Shown here one piece after another: positions 40,195-54,102 of a DNA stretch of 64,000 bases (its first letter is position 1; every line of letters starts with the position of its first letter). Source of the DNA: Lama guanicoe (taxonomy: Eukaryota); assembly GCA_013239625.1 (NCBI GenBank), contig MU053504.1, positions 2,240,607 to 2,304,606 on the forward strand, given 5' to 3'. Made by a program: the position numbers and the translations under genes. The notes under the pieces were generated by a model, which worked only from the letters and a program-made list of their open reading frames with translations, was not told the origin of the DNA and did not search any database.

Positions 40195-41312
40195 TCACAA
40201 GTTCCCATATACTCTTCACTTAACTTTCTCTAATGTTAAAATCTTAGACAACCATAGTATGACAAAATCAACACTGATACAATACTATTAACTAAGCTGC
40301 AAACTTCACTCAAATTTCACCAGTTTCCCCACTAATGTCCCTTTTCGTTTCTAGGATCCAATCCAAGATCCCATATCACATTTAGTTATGTCTTTTAGTC
40401 TTCTCCAATCTGTGACAAAGAACTATGTCCTTCAAATTCAAATTAATTAAGGTTTACTTTATTCTGAAAATGTCATGGCATTTCTAGAAACAGCACTGAA
40501 TATTGAAAACCTGCCTTGGGAATTACTGAATCCATGTGATAACCAAGAAAACACCCTGAAATAAAGAGCTATAGTGGCTCTAAAGATGGAAAAAAAGAGT
40601 CACCCTTTAAATAAAAGGAAGAGTTGGCTGTGATAGTCTGAATAGGTCAGTTAACACACCTGTCCACAGAAAAGAAATCACCAATCAGTTATAACTCCCT
40701 GGAAAAGCACAGGGTACAAGAGAGAAATCAATACACCTCCATTTAATGAAGCAGTCATAAAAGATTAATTTATTTTCAAATTAAAGGGCTTGAATTTGTT
40801 CAATCTACAGATATAGGAACTTAACTAAATTCAAGTATACAAAAGGTTATTAGAGGGCACTAAATTTCCTCCACATATGGACCCCTTTTTCTAAATTGTA
40901 GCATAGAAGTTGCTGAGCTATGGGTGTCTCCAATTCAAACCCTGAACCCTTCGGAAGGTACAGTCTCTAGACGTTGTTCAAGTTACTCTAGGCACTGGAG
41001 AAGTGGCAGGATGGTCCTCTATAAACCTCAACAGGTTACCTCCTATTCTTGAGGGTTCTCAGTTGGGCACATTAAATCCAAGACTTAACTGGTGAATTCT
41101 CAATTACCAGAAAAGGTAATTGTTTTTCAGAATTCCAGGAGCTTAGAATCCCTGAAGAATAAAGACTAGAAGACATAAATTGTATTACTAAGATTGAAAT
41201 GAGGAAGTTTAGTAAACCACAAGCACTTCTAGAGTGGTAAAACAAGAACAAGCTAACAAATGAAAAATTAAAGATTCTGTTTTGTGTACAGCCTTAAAAA
41301 TGAGAGAAAACA

Positions 41313-41510
41313 GCAAATGTTAGCTACTATGTATAAAAATAGATTAAAAAAAGTTTCTTGTGTATAGCACAGGGAACTATATTTAATATCTTATAATAGC
41401 CTTTAATGAAAAAGAATATGAAAATGAATATATGTATGTATATGCATGACTGGGACATTGTGCTGTACACCAGAAACTGATACATTATAACTGACTGTAC
41501 TTCAATTAAA
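41313..41510 (+). mobile_element. 5'-truncated lineage-specific L1 3' end with 17-bp TSD
   Basis: TSD aaaaatgagagaaaaca at 41296-41312 and 41511-41527, at a TT/AAAA endonuclease site. Confidence 0.9.
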
Positions 41511-43059
41511 AAAAATGAGAGAAAACAATGTATTTGTGGTTTAAAAATTTATCAGCCAGGAAATGACGGTAAACCAGAGGACTTCATAGCAATAAGGGGG
41601 CTCCATAGAATATGCCATAGTAGAGACATCAACTGCAGATTTGAGCTTAGCCATACATGCCACTAGGACTTTAAGAAAGTCTAAATTTCCTCATGTGAAA
41701 TGAGGAATAGTTACAACGTCTGTCTCGCAGCATGGGGGGAGGGGGGCAGGTGTACTTGTGTGTGCTAGCATCTAGTGAGTGCGCATCATCAAGGTCTCTT
41801 GGTTCTTCGGTGCGAGGTCAGCATTAGAGTTAATGTTTAAATTTTCCTGACTCAGGGATAATTTGGGCCTGGGCCACATTTCCCTGGGCCACTCTTCTTC
41901 AGATCCAAATCTTTGCGCCTGGGCCACAAGTGGACTGCTTTTTGAAGTGACTCAGGCACAGTAGGGAATTTTGGGAAATAGGAATTAGTTTAGCTACATT
42001 TCTTCAATAACAATTTTCAGATGCCTAACCTGTATAAATCAAAAGCCTGCTTTTGGGTCTTAATATTGTAGAAGGAAAATTCTATAGCCATAAAATGGCA
42101 TCTAAGATGCTCATGACTAACTCAGCAAACCCCAAATAGTTATGAATTCAGTGAAGTGTGCAGGCTGTCAGGCAGTTTGATACTGGTGATAATTACCTCA
42201 AGTTTCTAGCTATTATAGTCCAAAGCACGGCCTCAAAGTCTCTTTCTCTTGTCTACTGGAATCACTTTGTTCTTTTAAGAAAGATATGGGAAGACTTCAC
42301 CTTTAAGATAGATGATTTCAGGCAGGCAATGGAACAGTTGAGAAAATGGCACAGATAAGATATGTTATTTCAGTTTTCTGGGGGGGGGGGTGAGTCTGAT
42401 TTTGTATTTTCAAAAATTCTAAAAAGGTACAATCATTCCAGGACAGTAAATAATTCTCCACTAAATGGATTTTTAAAGGTCAAGACATGTAATACCATTA
42501 GCCCTGGAAGCTCTCTCCTACATAAAAACATTCTACAAGACCACTACTAATTTTCATCATGCAAAGCACTATTATTTTGACTTTTTAGATGGATATATTA
42601 AAGACTGTACAAGTTTGTGATTTCCCCACCCCTACTGGCTTCAAGATCAGGAATAAGATTGGTGGCTCAGGTCAGATGAAGCCTTACAAGCTCCTTCTGA
42701 TGTTACTGTACATCTAGGATTGAGTCTATTCTCTGCTTTATCAGATTTCCTGGTGGCTATTGGGCTCAGTGAGAAAATTTCACACTAATGAGAGGCTGGC
42801 TTATAAATCATAATAACTCATGATTCAAACCTGGAAATGTATCTAGCATTTCTATGTTGGAAGATCTTGTACATTAACCCAATTACAGAAAAGAAAATGA
42901 TATATTCTTAAGAGATGTTTCTACTACATTATCAGCTCTTCTCTAATAAAAAGACACTTCCATTTACAGAACCAGAATCAGGAACTAGAATACAGAACCC
43001 TCCTTCTTTAGTGAAAGAGATATAATAGAAAATGCTCCTCAGTTTTCCTTTTTATCATT

Positions 43060-43531
43060 AACCAGGTAGTAGAGACACCCTCCCCACAGTATCTTTTCTC
43101 ACTTCCTTCCACTGTAGTTAGAATTTGTAGCTGGGCACATGGCTCTACTTCCTGGCTTTCCTTCCAGCTGTAGATATGGCCACATGTCTCATGGATTCAC
43201 ATGTGATGATTCACGTGGAAGTGTCTGGGAATCATGTGTGACAGAGCACAGAAGATGCCTTCTACCTTCTGCTTCATCTCTTTCTCTTCTCTGTAATCTG
43301 GATGCCATGATCTTGCTCAATAAGAATATGGTTTACACTCAAGAGGAGGGTAGAGTGCTAAGAGGGAAAGGGAATGATAACTGGTAAAAAAAAAATCCCT
43401 GATGCCATGAAGTTCCCTATCAGATCTGTGCCAACTCTTACATGAATGGGAAATATATTTTAATCTTGTTTAAACTGGTTTACAGTCATTGTTTTGGGTT
43501 TTCTGTCACAGCTGAACCCATCTAGCTAATA
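43060..43531 (+). mobile_element. Old MLT1-type MaLR LTR
   Basis: MLT-like 3' end cttgtttaaac...gggtttctgtcacagctgaaccca. Boundaries approximate. Confidence 0.5.
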
Positions 43532-43756
43532 TATGGTTCTATGTGTATACTGTTTTAAATTATTTTGTATTAACAGATATTTGGAATATTAGATCATGAA
43601 TCCTAATTACAGGTCAGAAAAATATGATTTTTGCTAAGATATACCATTAGCCTTCTGTCATGACACCACATTAGACAACCATAGGAACACAGGAAATCCA
43701 ACAGTACAATGCCACCTTCTTGATGTGATGTGGAAAGCAGTCTGGAACCATCAATA

Positions 43757-46700
43757 TTTTTACCAAAAGAAACCAAGCTAATACAAAAGAAAATTATCAA
43801 ACCACAAAAAGAAAAACAACAAGAAAGGAACAAAGAGGAAATACCCAATCAACTGGAAAACAAAGTTTACATTAAATGGCAATAAACATGCATCTATCAA
43901 TAATTACCATAAATATCAATGGACTAAATGCTCCAATCAAAAGACACAGAGTGGCAGACTGAATAATAAAATAAGAGCCTACAATATGCTGCCTGCAAGA
44001 GACTCACTTTAGGGTGAAGGACACACAGATTGAAAGTGAGAGGATGGAAAAATATATTTCATGCAAATGGAAATGACAAGAAAATGGGAGTAGCAATACT
44101 CGTATCAGACAAAATAGAATTTAAAACAAAGGCTATGAAGAAAGATAAAGAAGGACACTATATAATGATAAAAGGAGCAATACAAGATGAGGCTATTATA
44201 CTTGTTAACATATATGCACCCAATATAGGAGTACCTAAATACACAAAACAAATAATAACAGACATAAAGGGAGAAACTGATGGAAACACAATAATAGTAT
44301 GACACTTTAACACCTCATTAACATCACTAGACAGATCTTCCAGATAGAAATCAATAAGGCAACGGCGATACTAAATGACACAATAGAAAAGTTGGACTTG
44401 GTTGGTATTTTTAGGACAATATCACCCCAAACAGAATATATATTCTTTTCAAGTGCACGTGGAACATTCTCTAGGACAGACCACATACTTGGACACAAAA
44501 GAAGCTTCAACAAAGTAAAGAGGATAGAAATTATTTCAAGTATCTTTTCTGACCACAATGGCATGAAACTAGAAATCAACCACAGAAAAACAAACAAGAG
44601 AACGACTGCATGGAGACTAAATAACATGCTACTAAAAAAACCCAATAAGTCAACAATGAAATCAAAGAAATTAAAAAATACCTTGAGAAAAACGACAATG
44701 AAAACACAACACAAAGTCTATGGGATACAGCAAAAGCAGTCCTTAGAGGGAAGTTCATAGCAATATAGGCCTTCTTCAAAAAATAAGAACATTCTCAAAT
44801 AAACAACTTAACCTACCATCTAAAATAATTAGAAAAAGAAGAATAAACAAAACCTAAAGTCAGCAGAAGGAAAGAAATAATAAAGATCAGGGAGGAAATA
44901 AATGAAGATTAAAAAAAAAGAAAAAAATCAATCAAACCAAGGGCTGGATTTTGAAAGAGTAAACAAAATCAACAAACCTCTGGCTAGGCTCACCAAGAAG
45001 AAAAGAGAGAAGACAAAAATAAACAAAATAAGAAAGGAAAATGGAGAAATTACAACCAACACCAAAGAAATACAGAAACCATAAGAGAATACTATGAACA
45101 TCTCTATGGCAACAAATTGGACAACCTAGAAGAAATGGACAAGTTTCTAGAAACATACAGTCCACCAAGACTGAATTAAGAAGAACTAGATCACTTGAAC
45201 AGACCGATCACTAGAAGTGAAACAGAATCAGCAATAAAAATCCTCCCTGCAAACAAAAGTCCAGGACCAGATGGCTTCACTGGGGAATTCTACCAAACAT
45301 ACAAAGAACTCATACTGATCATTCTCAAACTCTTCCAAAAGATTGAAGAGGAGGGAATACTCCCAAACTCATTCTGTGAAGCCACCATAACCCCGATACT
45401 AAAACCAGACAACGACACTACCAAAAAAGAAAATTACAGGTCAATATTGTTGGTGAACATAGATGCAAAAATCCTCAACAAAATATTAGCAAACAGAATC
45501 CAACAACACATAAAGAAGATCATACACCATAATCGTTGGATTCATCCTAGGCACACAAGGATGGTTCAACATACACAAATCAATTAATGTGATATACCAC
45601 ATTAACCAATGAAAGGGAAAAAAATTTACATAATCATCTCAACAGATACAGAAAAAGCACTTGGTAAAATTCAACATCCATTTATGATTAAACATTCTGA
45701 CCAAAGTGGGCATAGAGGGAACATATCTCAACATAATAAAAGCTATTTATGACAAACCCACAGCCAGTATAATATTCAAGGGTAAAAAATTGAAAGCCTT
45801 CCCACCAAAATCTGGAAGAAGACAAGTATGCTCACTCTCACCACTTCTATTCAACATAGTATTTGGAAGTCCTAGCCATAGCAATCAGGCAAGAAAAAGA
45901 AATAAAAGGGAACCAAATTGGAAGAGAAGAGGTAAACTGTCACTATATGTGGATGATATGATATCATATATATAGAAAACCCTAAAAGCTCCACACAAAA
46001 ACTACTGGAGCTGATAAAATAATTTGGCAAGGTAGTGGGATATAAGATTAACATACAGAAATCAGATGCATTTCTTTACACTAACAGTGAAGTATCAGAA
46101 AAAGAAAGTAAAGAAACAATCACTTTTTAAATTGCATCCAAAAAAATAAAATACTTAGGAATAAATCTGACTGAGGAGGTGAAAATTTACATGCAGAGAA
46201 CTAAAGAACATTGATTAAGGAAATTAAGGATGACTTAAAGAAATGGAAAGATATCCCATGCTCTCTGATTGGAAGAATTAATATTATTAAAATGGCTATA
46301 CTACCCAAAGCAGTCTAGAGATTTAATGCTATCCCTATCAAATTACCCATGACATTTTCCACATAACTGGAACAAATAATTCTAAAACTGATCACAAAAC
46401 ACCCAGAATTGCCAAAGCAATACTGAAGAAAAAGAATGAAGCTGGAAGCATAACCCTCCCAGACTTCAGACAATACTACAGAGCTACAGTAATCAAAACA
46501 GCATTGTATTGGTACACAAACAGAGATATAGATCAATGGAAGAGAGTAGAGAGCCCAGAAATAAGCCCACAGACTTATGGTCAATTAATCTTTGACAAAG
46601 GAGGCAAGAATATACCATGGAGAAAAGACAGTCTGTTCAGCAAGTGGTGCCGGGAAAACTGGACAGCTGCATGTAAATCAATGAAGTTAGAACGCTCCCT

Positions 46701-47990
46701 CACACCACACACAAAAATAAACTCAAAATGGCTTAAAGACTTAAATATAAGACACTATAAACCGCCTAGAAGAAAACATAGGCAAGACATTCTGAAGTAA
46801 ACGTTAGCTCTGTTCTCCTAGGGCAGTCTACCCAGGCAATAGAAATAAAAGCAAAAATAAATACATGGAGCCTAATTAAAATTATAAGCTTTTGCACAGC
46901 AAAAGAAATCATAAGCAAAACAAAATTACAACCTACAGAATGGGAGGAAATATTTGCAAATGATGTGACTGACAAAGGCTGAATTTCCAGAGTATATAAA
47001 CAGCTCATACAACTTAATAACAAAAAAACAAACAACCCAATCAAAAAATGGGCAGAAGGCCTAAACAAACAATTCTCCAATAAAGACATACAAATGGCCA
47101 ATAGGCACAGGAAAGAATGCTCAACATCGCTAATTATCAGAGAAATGCAAATCAAAACTACAATGAGGTATCACCTCACACCAGTCAGAATAGCCATCAT
47201 TCAAAAGTCCACAAATGATAAATGCTGGAGAGAGTGTGGAGAAAAGGCAACCCTCCTACACTGTTGGTGGGAATATAGTTTGGTGCAGCCGTTATGGAAA
47301 ACAGTATGGAGATTCCTCAAAAAACTAAAAATAGACTTACCATATGATCCAGCAATCCCACTCCTGGACATATATCTAGAGGGAACTCTAATTTGGAAAG
47401 ATACATGTACCCCAATGTTCACAGCAGCACTATTTACAATAGCCAAGACATGGAAACAACCTAAATGTCTATGGATAGATGACTGGATAAAGAAGCTGCA
47501 GTGTATATTTATACAATGGAATACTACTCAGCCATAAAAAAGAATAAAATAATGCCATTTGCAGCAACATGGATGGATCTGGAGATCATCATTCTAAGTG
47601 AAGTAAACCAGAAAGAGAAAAATACCATATGATATCATGCATATGTGGAATCTAAAAAAAGAAAAAAGAAGATACTAATGAACTTATCTGCACAACAGAA
47701 ACAGATTTACAGACATAGTAAACAAACTTACGGTTACTGGGAGGAAAGTGGGTAGGAAGGGATAAATCGGGAGTTCAAGATTTGCAAATATTAACTACTA
47801 TATATAAAATAGATAAACAACAAGTTTCTTCTGTATAGCACAGGGAACTATAGCCAACATCTTGTAGTAACATATAATGAAAAAGAATATGAAAATGAAT
47901 AAATGTATGTATATGTATGACAGAAACATTATGCTATACACTAGAAACTGACACACTGTAAAATGACTATTAAAAAAATTTAAAAAAAAA
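43757..47990 (+). mobile_element. 4.2-kb 5'-truncated L1 with a complete but inactivated ORF2 (EN, RT, Cys domains), 3' UTR and A tail
   Basis: ORF2 ATG at 43876 (MAINMHLSIITININGLNAPIKRHR). ORF track fragments 44030-47537 show [21 protein letters not shown] and HCWWE motifs broken by stops and frameshifts. Degenerate TSD ccatcaa(t/c)a. Confidence 0.95.
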
Positions 47991-48844
47991 GCCATCAACA
48001 GTCATTGTTCTGTGACTGGTTAAAAAATCCAGGTTAATTTTGTAAAAATTACTGTAAAACAACAAAAACAGTTAAAATGCTTAAAAAAATACATTTACCA
48101 ATCATCTTCACAGAATCACAGAGTTAAAGACCATCATCACAAATTAAGTGTAACAGCCCCACTTTACAGAGGAAGAATCTGAGGCACAAAGAGGCTAGGT
48201 TTTTCAAAGTCAAAAGGCTGACTTTTTCTTTTTAAATTACAACCACAAATTTGAGGGGAATATGCTCTTAGGATTGTATTTCTATGTATCCTGTTTCTAA
48301 CAACTCACTTATACTAGTATATAATTATTGGTTGTCCTCAAAGAAAATATCTAGCATTTAGCTCATCAAGCTCACATAAAAATTAAAAATGTAGTATATA
48401 ACCACAATTATTAGCATGTAACATGTAGCATGTAACCATAGGTATTATATAATAATGTGTAAGTTATGCAGAACATTCAGCAGGAAAATTAGTTACAAGA
48501 GGAAAATAGCAAATAAAAATGAAGTGGTGCAACAGTTGTAAAACTGTACAACAGTACCATAGAGTTACACATTATTATTAATTGCATTAAAAGATGTAGC
48601 AATAATCATGACATTATTAACATACATAAATGCAGCAAAAAAGAATGCTGGGGCACGAATCTTTTCCACATTTTATACTGGAACACCATTCTTTGGTTGG
48701 CAGCCACAGTAATTGTTTATAGGGCTTTTCTCATCATTTATGAGTAACAACCAGTCATGGGACGCCAATGAACTTTCTTCATTTAAAAAAAGTCACTTTA
48801 TCTCTTCTCCCTAGGTCTGTGTGCCTCTAAGAATCTTAATGTAA

Positions 48845-49208
48845 CAAAAGGGGAACATGGCTAGACCTTGAAAACATCATGCTAGGTAAAAGAAGCCAGT
48901 CACAAAGGACCACATATTGCATGACTCCATTTATATGAAAGCCCAGAAAAGGCAAATCTAAAGAGACACTATGAGTAGGTTAGTGATTTCTTAACAGTGG
49001 GTAATGGTGGGGGGTGGCAGCATTGAGGAATGATGATTAGAGGAGCAGGGTTTCTTTTCTGGGATAATGATAATGAAAATGCTCTGAAATTGACTGTGAT
49101 AATGGACACACAACTTTGTGAATATACCAAAAGCCGCTGTATTTTTCAATTTAAATGAATGAACTATATGGGATCTAAATTATGTCTCAATAAAACTATG
49201 TAATAAAA
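48845..49208 (+). mobile_element. Old L1M 3' end
   Basis: ccttgaaaacatcatgctaggtaaaagaagccagtcacaaaggaccacatattgcatgactccatttatatgaa ... ctcaataaa. Confidence 0.8.
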
Positions 49209-49218
49209 AGGGAGGAGA

Positions 49219-49575
49219 GAGTCCCCGCTGCAGCAATCAGGTAAGAAAAATAAAAGGAATCCAAATTGGAAAGGAAGAAGTAAAACTCTCACTATCTGCA
49301 GATGACATGATACTATACACAGAAAATCCTAAAGAAGCCACTGAAAAACTACTAGAGCTCATCAATGAATTTGGTAAAGTTGCAGGATACAAAATTAATA
49401 TGCAGAAATCTGTTGCATTTCTATACACTAACAAAGAACTACTAGAAAGAGAAATTAAGAAAACAATCCCATTCACTATTGCATCAAAAAGAATAAAATA
49501 CCTAGGAATAAATCTAACTAAGGAGGTAAAAGATCTGTAGTTGGCAAACTATAAGACTCCGATGAAAGAAACTGG
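49219..49575 (+). mobile_element. Isolated internal L1 ORF2 RT fragment without a 3' tail
   Basis: Encodes [51 protein letters not shown]; no poly(A) or TSD seen. Confidence 0.9.
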
Positions 49576-51529
49576 AATGGAATCTCTAACCAGCCACAGC
49601 TTGGTAGCCAGGCTAAAATGGCAGCATAAATGGTCTCGAATTTATGAAAAAAAGAGAACTGAGATGTAGCAAAGATTGTTCCGTGTTTACTTTTTCCATT
49701 GTTTTACTCTTTGCCTGCCTAACAACAATTATTAGGAGAGCACTGTATTAAAGGATATAAACTATACTTACAGTAACTCTCAAGTTACTCAATCATAAAC
49801 TCAGTAACTCAGAAGTATTCCATTATAATTACCTCTTTTGAGGCTAAGAGAGGTAGTGGTTCACCAAAGCCACACAGTTAACAAATAGTAAGGCCAGAAT
49901 TTACTCAAATCCCACATGCTTCTCACTACATCACCTCACTTCTTTTTTGCCTTTATGAAAATAAATTTGTAAGTTACTGTGCAAAAATATATGCTTAGGT
50001 TTTTAAAAGCTGGAAGTTAGTCTGAATAAAATCTAAATGCAGATTCCTCTCTACTAAATTCATTGCATTTGCAGTTAGTTATCTTAGCCTGAAGAAAGTA
50101 TGAAATTCCTAATGAGGAGCCAATTTTCCTCAGCTTTACAGGAACTTTTAAGCCAGAACATATGTAAAATGTCAGAAAAAGAACATTAAAATTACAAACT
50201 CAGAGCTAATAAATTCAAGTGAACTACACCTTACCTTCATTAAATGTAATGGAGGTATTCAATAACAATGTATTATCACAAGATGTAGGATTTCTATAAA
50301 TTTAGACTGAACAATATCTGGCACTTATAAGATACTCAATAAATAGTTATTCACATGAATAAAGGTAAGATGGTAAATCTAAGCAGCATACTGGATGAAA
50401 TAACTGCAATATTTCTGAAAAAGAAAAAACCATCCTTGTTTCTGGCATAAGATAGAAAAGAGAATGTACAATCTTTACGGCCTCCAAAGAGCAGAGATTC
50501 AACACCACTAATCCCTGTGCTCTACCACTTTCTACCCCACAAAGCACTTAACAAACACAGGAACTGGATGAAGACTGCATGATGGGGCTCTAGCTCAGGG
50601 GCTTCTGGCTACATTAAATGAGGGCAAGGAGGCAACATAGCTGAAACACAATTTCCTAGAGTTCTTTTTAAAAGAAGTGCATACTTCTTTTTAAAATCTT
50701 ATTTATTTGAATAATCTTTATTTCAATAGTGAAATCAACCCTACTAGTCAGCACCTAGCATAATGACTTGCATACAGTAGGTGTTCTAGGAGCCTCTGTT
50801 TTAATTCAATAGGTAGGGAAATGTAATTTTCAGTTCTAAAACCATTTTAGAGTCCTGATGAGGAATAATCAGCTCAACTGACTAATAATAAGTATACTGA
50901 TCATACCTATGGTCTTTTGAGGTATCCCTTTGTAAAGCCATTTTGTATCTTTCAGAAAAGACCCACAGTATTATTATTTTAAAATAAACAGCATAATTAT
51001 AGCAAGGGTTTGCCTATGGAGAAATCATACTAGCACATACGTTTAATGTCCTTCTCAAATATGATTAGAGGCTGTCTAGAGATGTTCACTAAACTAAGAA
51101 CACTGACATGTTTAATTTTTATTTGATATCAAGGTTATTTTCCCCAGAATATATAAATTTAGAAGATAAAAACAACTGGTTTAAGGTAAAATGGAACAGG
51201 AAAAATAAGGCTTTATTTGCATGATTTTATTCAATAATTTTACTGATTAGGTTTGCTTAGAAACAGCGATCAAAGGACTCTTTCTCACAAAGCACAATTT
51301 AAAGAAAAAGAATGATATTCAATGGTGAAGAATTCTCCCTGCCTTTAAAGACATTTAAGCATCAATTCTATAATACATAACCTTGATTTCTTTAGTCTAC
51401 GTACAGTTTCATGAAAATACCGGCAAAAATGTTAGGGATAGACATATGCAAAAAGCCCAGTCTAAGAAAAACGAATGGATTAAACATTTAGGGGCTGGAC
51501 CAAATTGACTCTGGAAATCTCCCAATTTA

Positions 51530-51652
51530 AAAAAATTAATTAATAAAATGTTGAAGTATAGTTGATGTACAATAGTATGTTACAGGTGTACAATATAGTA
51601 ATTCACTATTATACTCCATTTATAGTTATTATAAAATATTGGCTATATTCCC
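51530..51652 (-). mobile_element. Short L1 3'-end fragment
   Basis: ttgaagtatagttgatgtacaat...caggtgtacaatatagt. Confidence 0.75.
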
Positions 51653-51676
51653 TTCCAATTTTTTAATCTTAATCTA

Positions 51677-51858
51677 GGGGGAGGATATAGATCAGTAGTA
51701 GAGCACGTGCTTAACATGCATGAGGTCCTGGGTTCTATCCCCAGTACCTCCATTTAAAAATAGATGAATTAAATTTTTTAAAAACTCTAATTACCTCCCT
51801 GATCCCCCTCAAAAAGACTGATTTAAAAAAATAAATAAAATTAAAAATTAAAATAAAA
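51677..51858 (+). mobile_element. tRNA-derived SINE (camelid vic-1-like)
   Basis: gggggaggatatagatcagtagtagagc...gggttctatccccagtacctcc, ctaattacctccc body and A-rich tail. Confidence 0.88.
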
Positions 51859-52129
51859 GTCTAGTTAGTACTCTTTCCTCTCTACTGCATCATTCTAATT
51901 TATAAAAGACTTTCATTTATCTCTAACTCTCAGAGCAACTGGAGTGTACATTCCTAATTGTAAAAGAAAAGCAATCATTCACATTTTGCTACAGTACTCA
52001 GAATTTTATTGTAACACTCATTAAAAGAAAAGATTAACTCAATTCCTTTTATTCTGATTCAAACTCATTATCTTTTATCGAGAACATAATAGTGTTTAGA
52101 TTATTTGGCAGTCTCTCGCCCAAAATGTA

Positions 52130-52980
52130 TTTCAGAGTAACCCCAAACAGATGAGGAGACACAGGTCTTCTTTACAGAATTCCTGCTAGTAAATGTGAAA
52201 GAGAGGACAGAATAAGAAAATCACTATTTTGCCACACTGTTGAAATATCTGATACTCTCATGACCATCAGTAGGGATTTTAGCTGTAAGTGAGATAGCCA
52301 GACAACAGCAGGCCTCTGAATGTGATGGATATTAAGCACCTTCTGAGTATTCTTGCCAAAAATTTAAATGTTTTAATCAAGTCTCTTGAGCTAATTTCCA
52401 TTTGTAGGAAATATAGGGAACAGAGTAACTGACACTGTGAAGAAGCAAACAAATCCCCAATGTGAGAAATTCCACAGGACAACTGACCTGGTTCCTGTAA
52501 CTAGTCCATGACACACACAAAAAAAATGTGGGGAGAAAGGGAGGAGGGAGGAATTGACCTAGATCAAAATAGGCATGAGAGACAAAATGACCAAATGTGA
52601 TCTGTGGACTTTGAATCCTGGTGTGATCAAACTATCTCTGAAAAAGATATTTGGAGACAATAGGGCAAACCTGAATAGGCTCTAGCTATTAGATAATACC
52701 AAGGAGTAACTGTTAATTTTATTAGGTACGAGAATAGCATTTTGGTTGTATAAGACGATATCCTTATTTTTTAGAGATGCATACAGAAGTATGTCAGGGT
52801 ATACGTACAAAAATGTCTTGAATTTGCTTTAAAATACCTCATCAAAGAAAGATAAAAGAAAAAAGGACAAATGAAACAAATGTGTCAAAATCTTGAATGA
52901 TGGACATATGGGGATATGTTGTACCTCTGCTCTACTTTTGAGTGTATTTAGTATTTTTTATAATAAAAGAAATTAAGAAG
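52130..52980 (+). mobile_element. Old L1M 3' UTR fragment
   Basis: ccttattttttagagatgcatacagaagtat and tctacttttgagtgtattt motifs. Confidence 0.6.
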
Positions 52981-53156
52981 AAGAACCTCACTAACAGAGA
53001 AGTCTGAAAAACAGTACAGGTAAATCTAGTAAGTAATATTAATCTTGGATAGAAAATAAATGGATCAATGAAAAAAATTAGTATGACAGTTGATTATTTA
53101 GAAATTGAATGAGTTATAAGGAAAACATCAATTTTCTCCTCATATTATACAGTTAG

Positions 53157-53546
53157 TGCTATAGACTCAATGTATGACACATGTTCCTCCCTCCTCCCCC
53201 CAGATTCATATACTGAAACCTAATTCCCAGTGTGATGGTATCTGGGAGTGATTAAGTCAGGAGGGCAGGGCCCTCATGAATGGGAACAGTGCCATTCACA
53301 TAAAAGAGGTCTCAATAAAAAAAGGCCCTAAGATAGCTTCCTCGTCCCTTCCACGATGTGAGGATACAGCAAAAAGACAGCGAAAAGTATTGTCTATACA
53401 CCAGAAAGTGGGCCCTCACCAGACACTGAACCTGCTGGTGCCCTGATCTTGGGTTTCCCAGACTCCAGAACTGTGAGAACTTTCTGTTGTTTGTAAGACA
53501 CCCAGGCTATGGTATTTTGTTACAGCAGTCCAAACAGATTAAGATA
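53157..53546 (+). mobile_element. MLT1A-type MaLR solo LTR
   Basis: tgctatagact... gccctcatgaatggga ... ccagactccagaactgtgaga ... aagata; near-TSD gttag/gtcag. Confidence 0.85.
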
Positions 53547-53789
53547 GTCAGATAGCTATGATATACAGTGTTTTATTCCTGAGGTAGGTTTGACTACTGA
53601 AAACCCATGGCAGAGAACAAGCAGTTTTGCAGAATAGGTTAAACAAAAAACTTTAGGAATGCAGCTGTTTCCTCCCTCAGAACTGTGTCATGCTTTTATG
53701 TAATCTGGAGTTCTAACTAGATGGTGGTAATGAATTGAAATAGAGAAAACTGAAACACAGAGAACAGGATTCACAGCTGCATTTTTAAC

Positions 53790-54102
53790 TGAATGCTGTG
53801 AGTTTTGGATTATCTAGATGAACCGTAAGTCCAATGACATTGTCTTTATAAGAAAGAGGAGAAGACCACGTGAACGCGCAAGCAGAGACTGGAGTTATGT
53901 AGCCACAATCCAAGTAACTCCAGCCACCAAAAGCTGGAAGAAGCAAGAATTATCTCCTAGAGTCTTTGGAAAGAGTGAAGCAGCTCTGCTGACACTCTGA
54001 CTTCAGATTTCTGGCCTCCAGAACTGTGAGAGAATAAATTTCTGCTGTTTCAGGCCATCGATTTTGTGGTAATTTGTTACAGCAATGCTAGGAAACTACA
54101 CA
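53790..54102 (+). mobile_element. MLT1-type LTR, 3' part
   Basis: ttctggcctccagaactgtgagagaataaatttctgctgttt...gtggtaatttgttacagcaatgctaggaaacta. Confidence 0.8.

Noticed and set aside
43876..47620. Active reverse transcriptase/endonuclease gene
   Set aside because: Ordinary L1 ORF2 with many stops and frameshifts, and no ORF1 or promoter
48560..48790. Possible pseudogene or unknown exon in unique-looking intronic sequence
   Set aside because: The - strand frames I translated contain stops and no recognisable motif; cannot be supported without a search
50666..50696. AT-rich hairpin ttttaaaagaagt-gcat-acttctttttaaaa
   Set aside because: Short and low complexity; plausible by chance or local slippage
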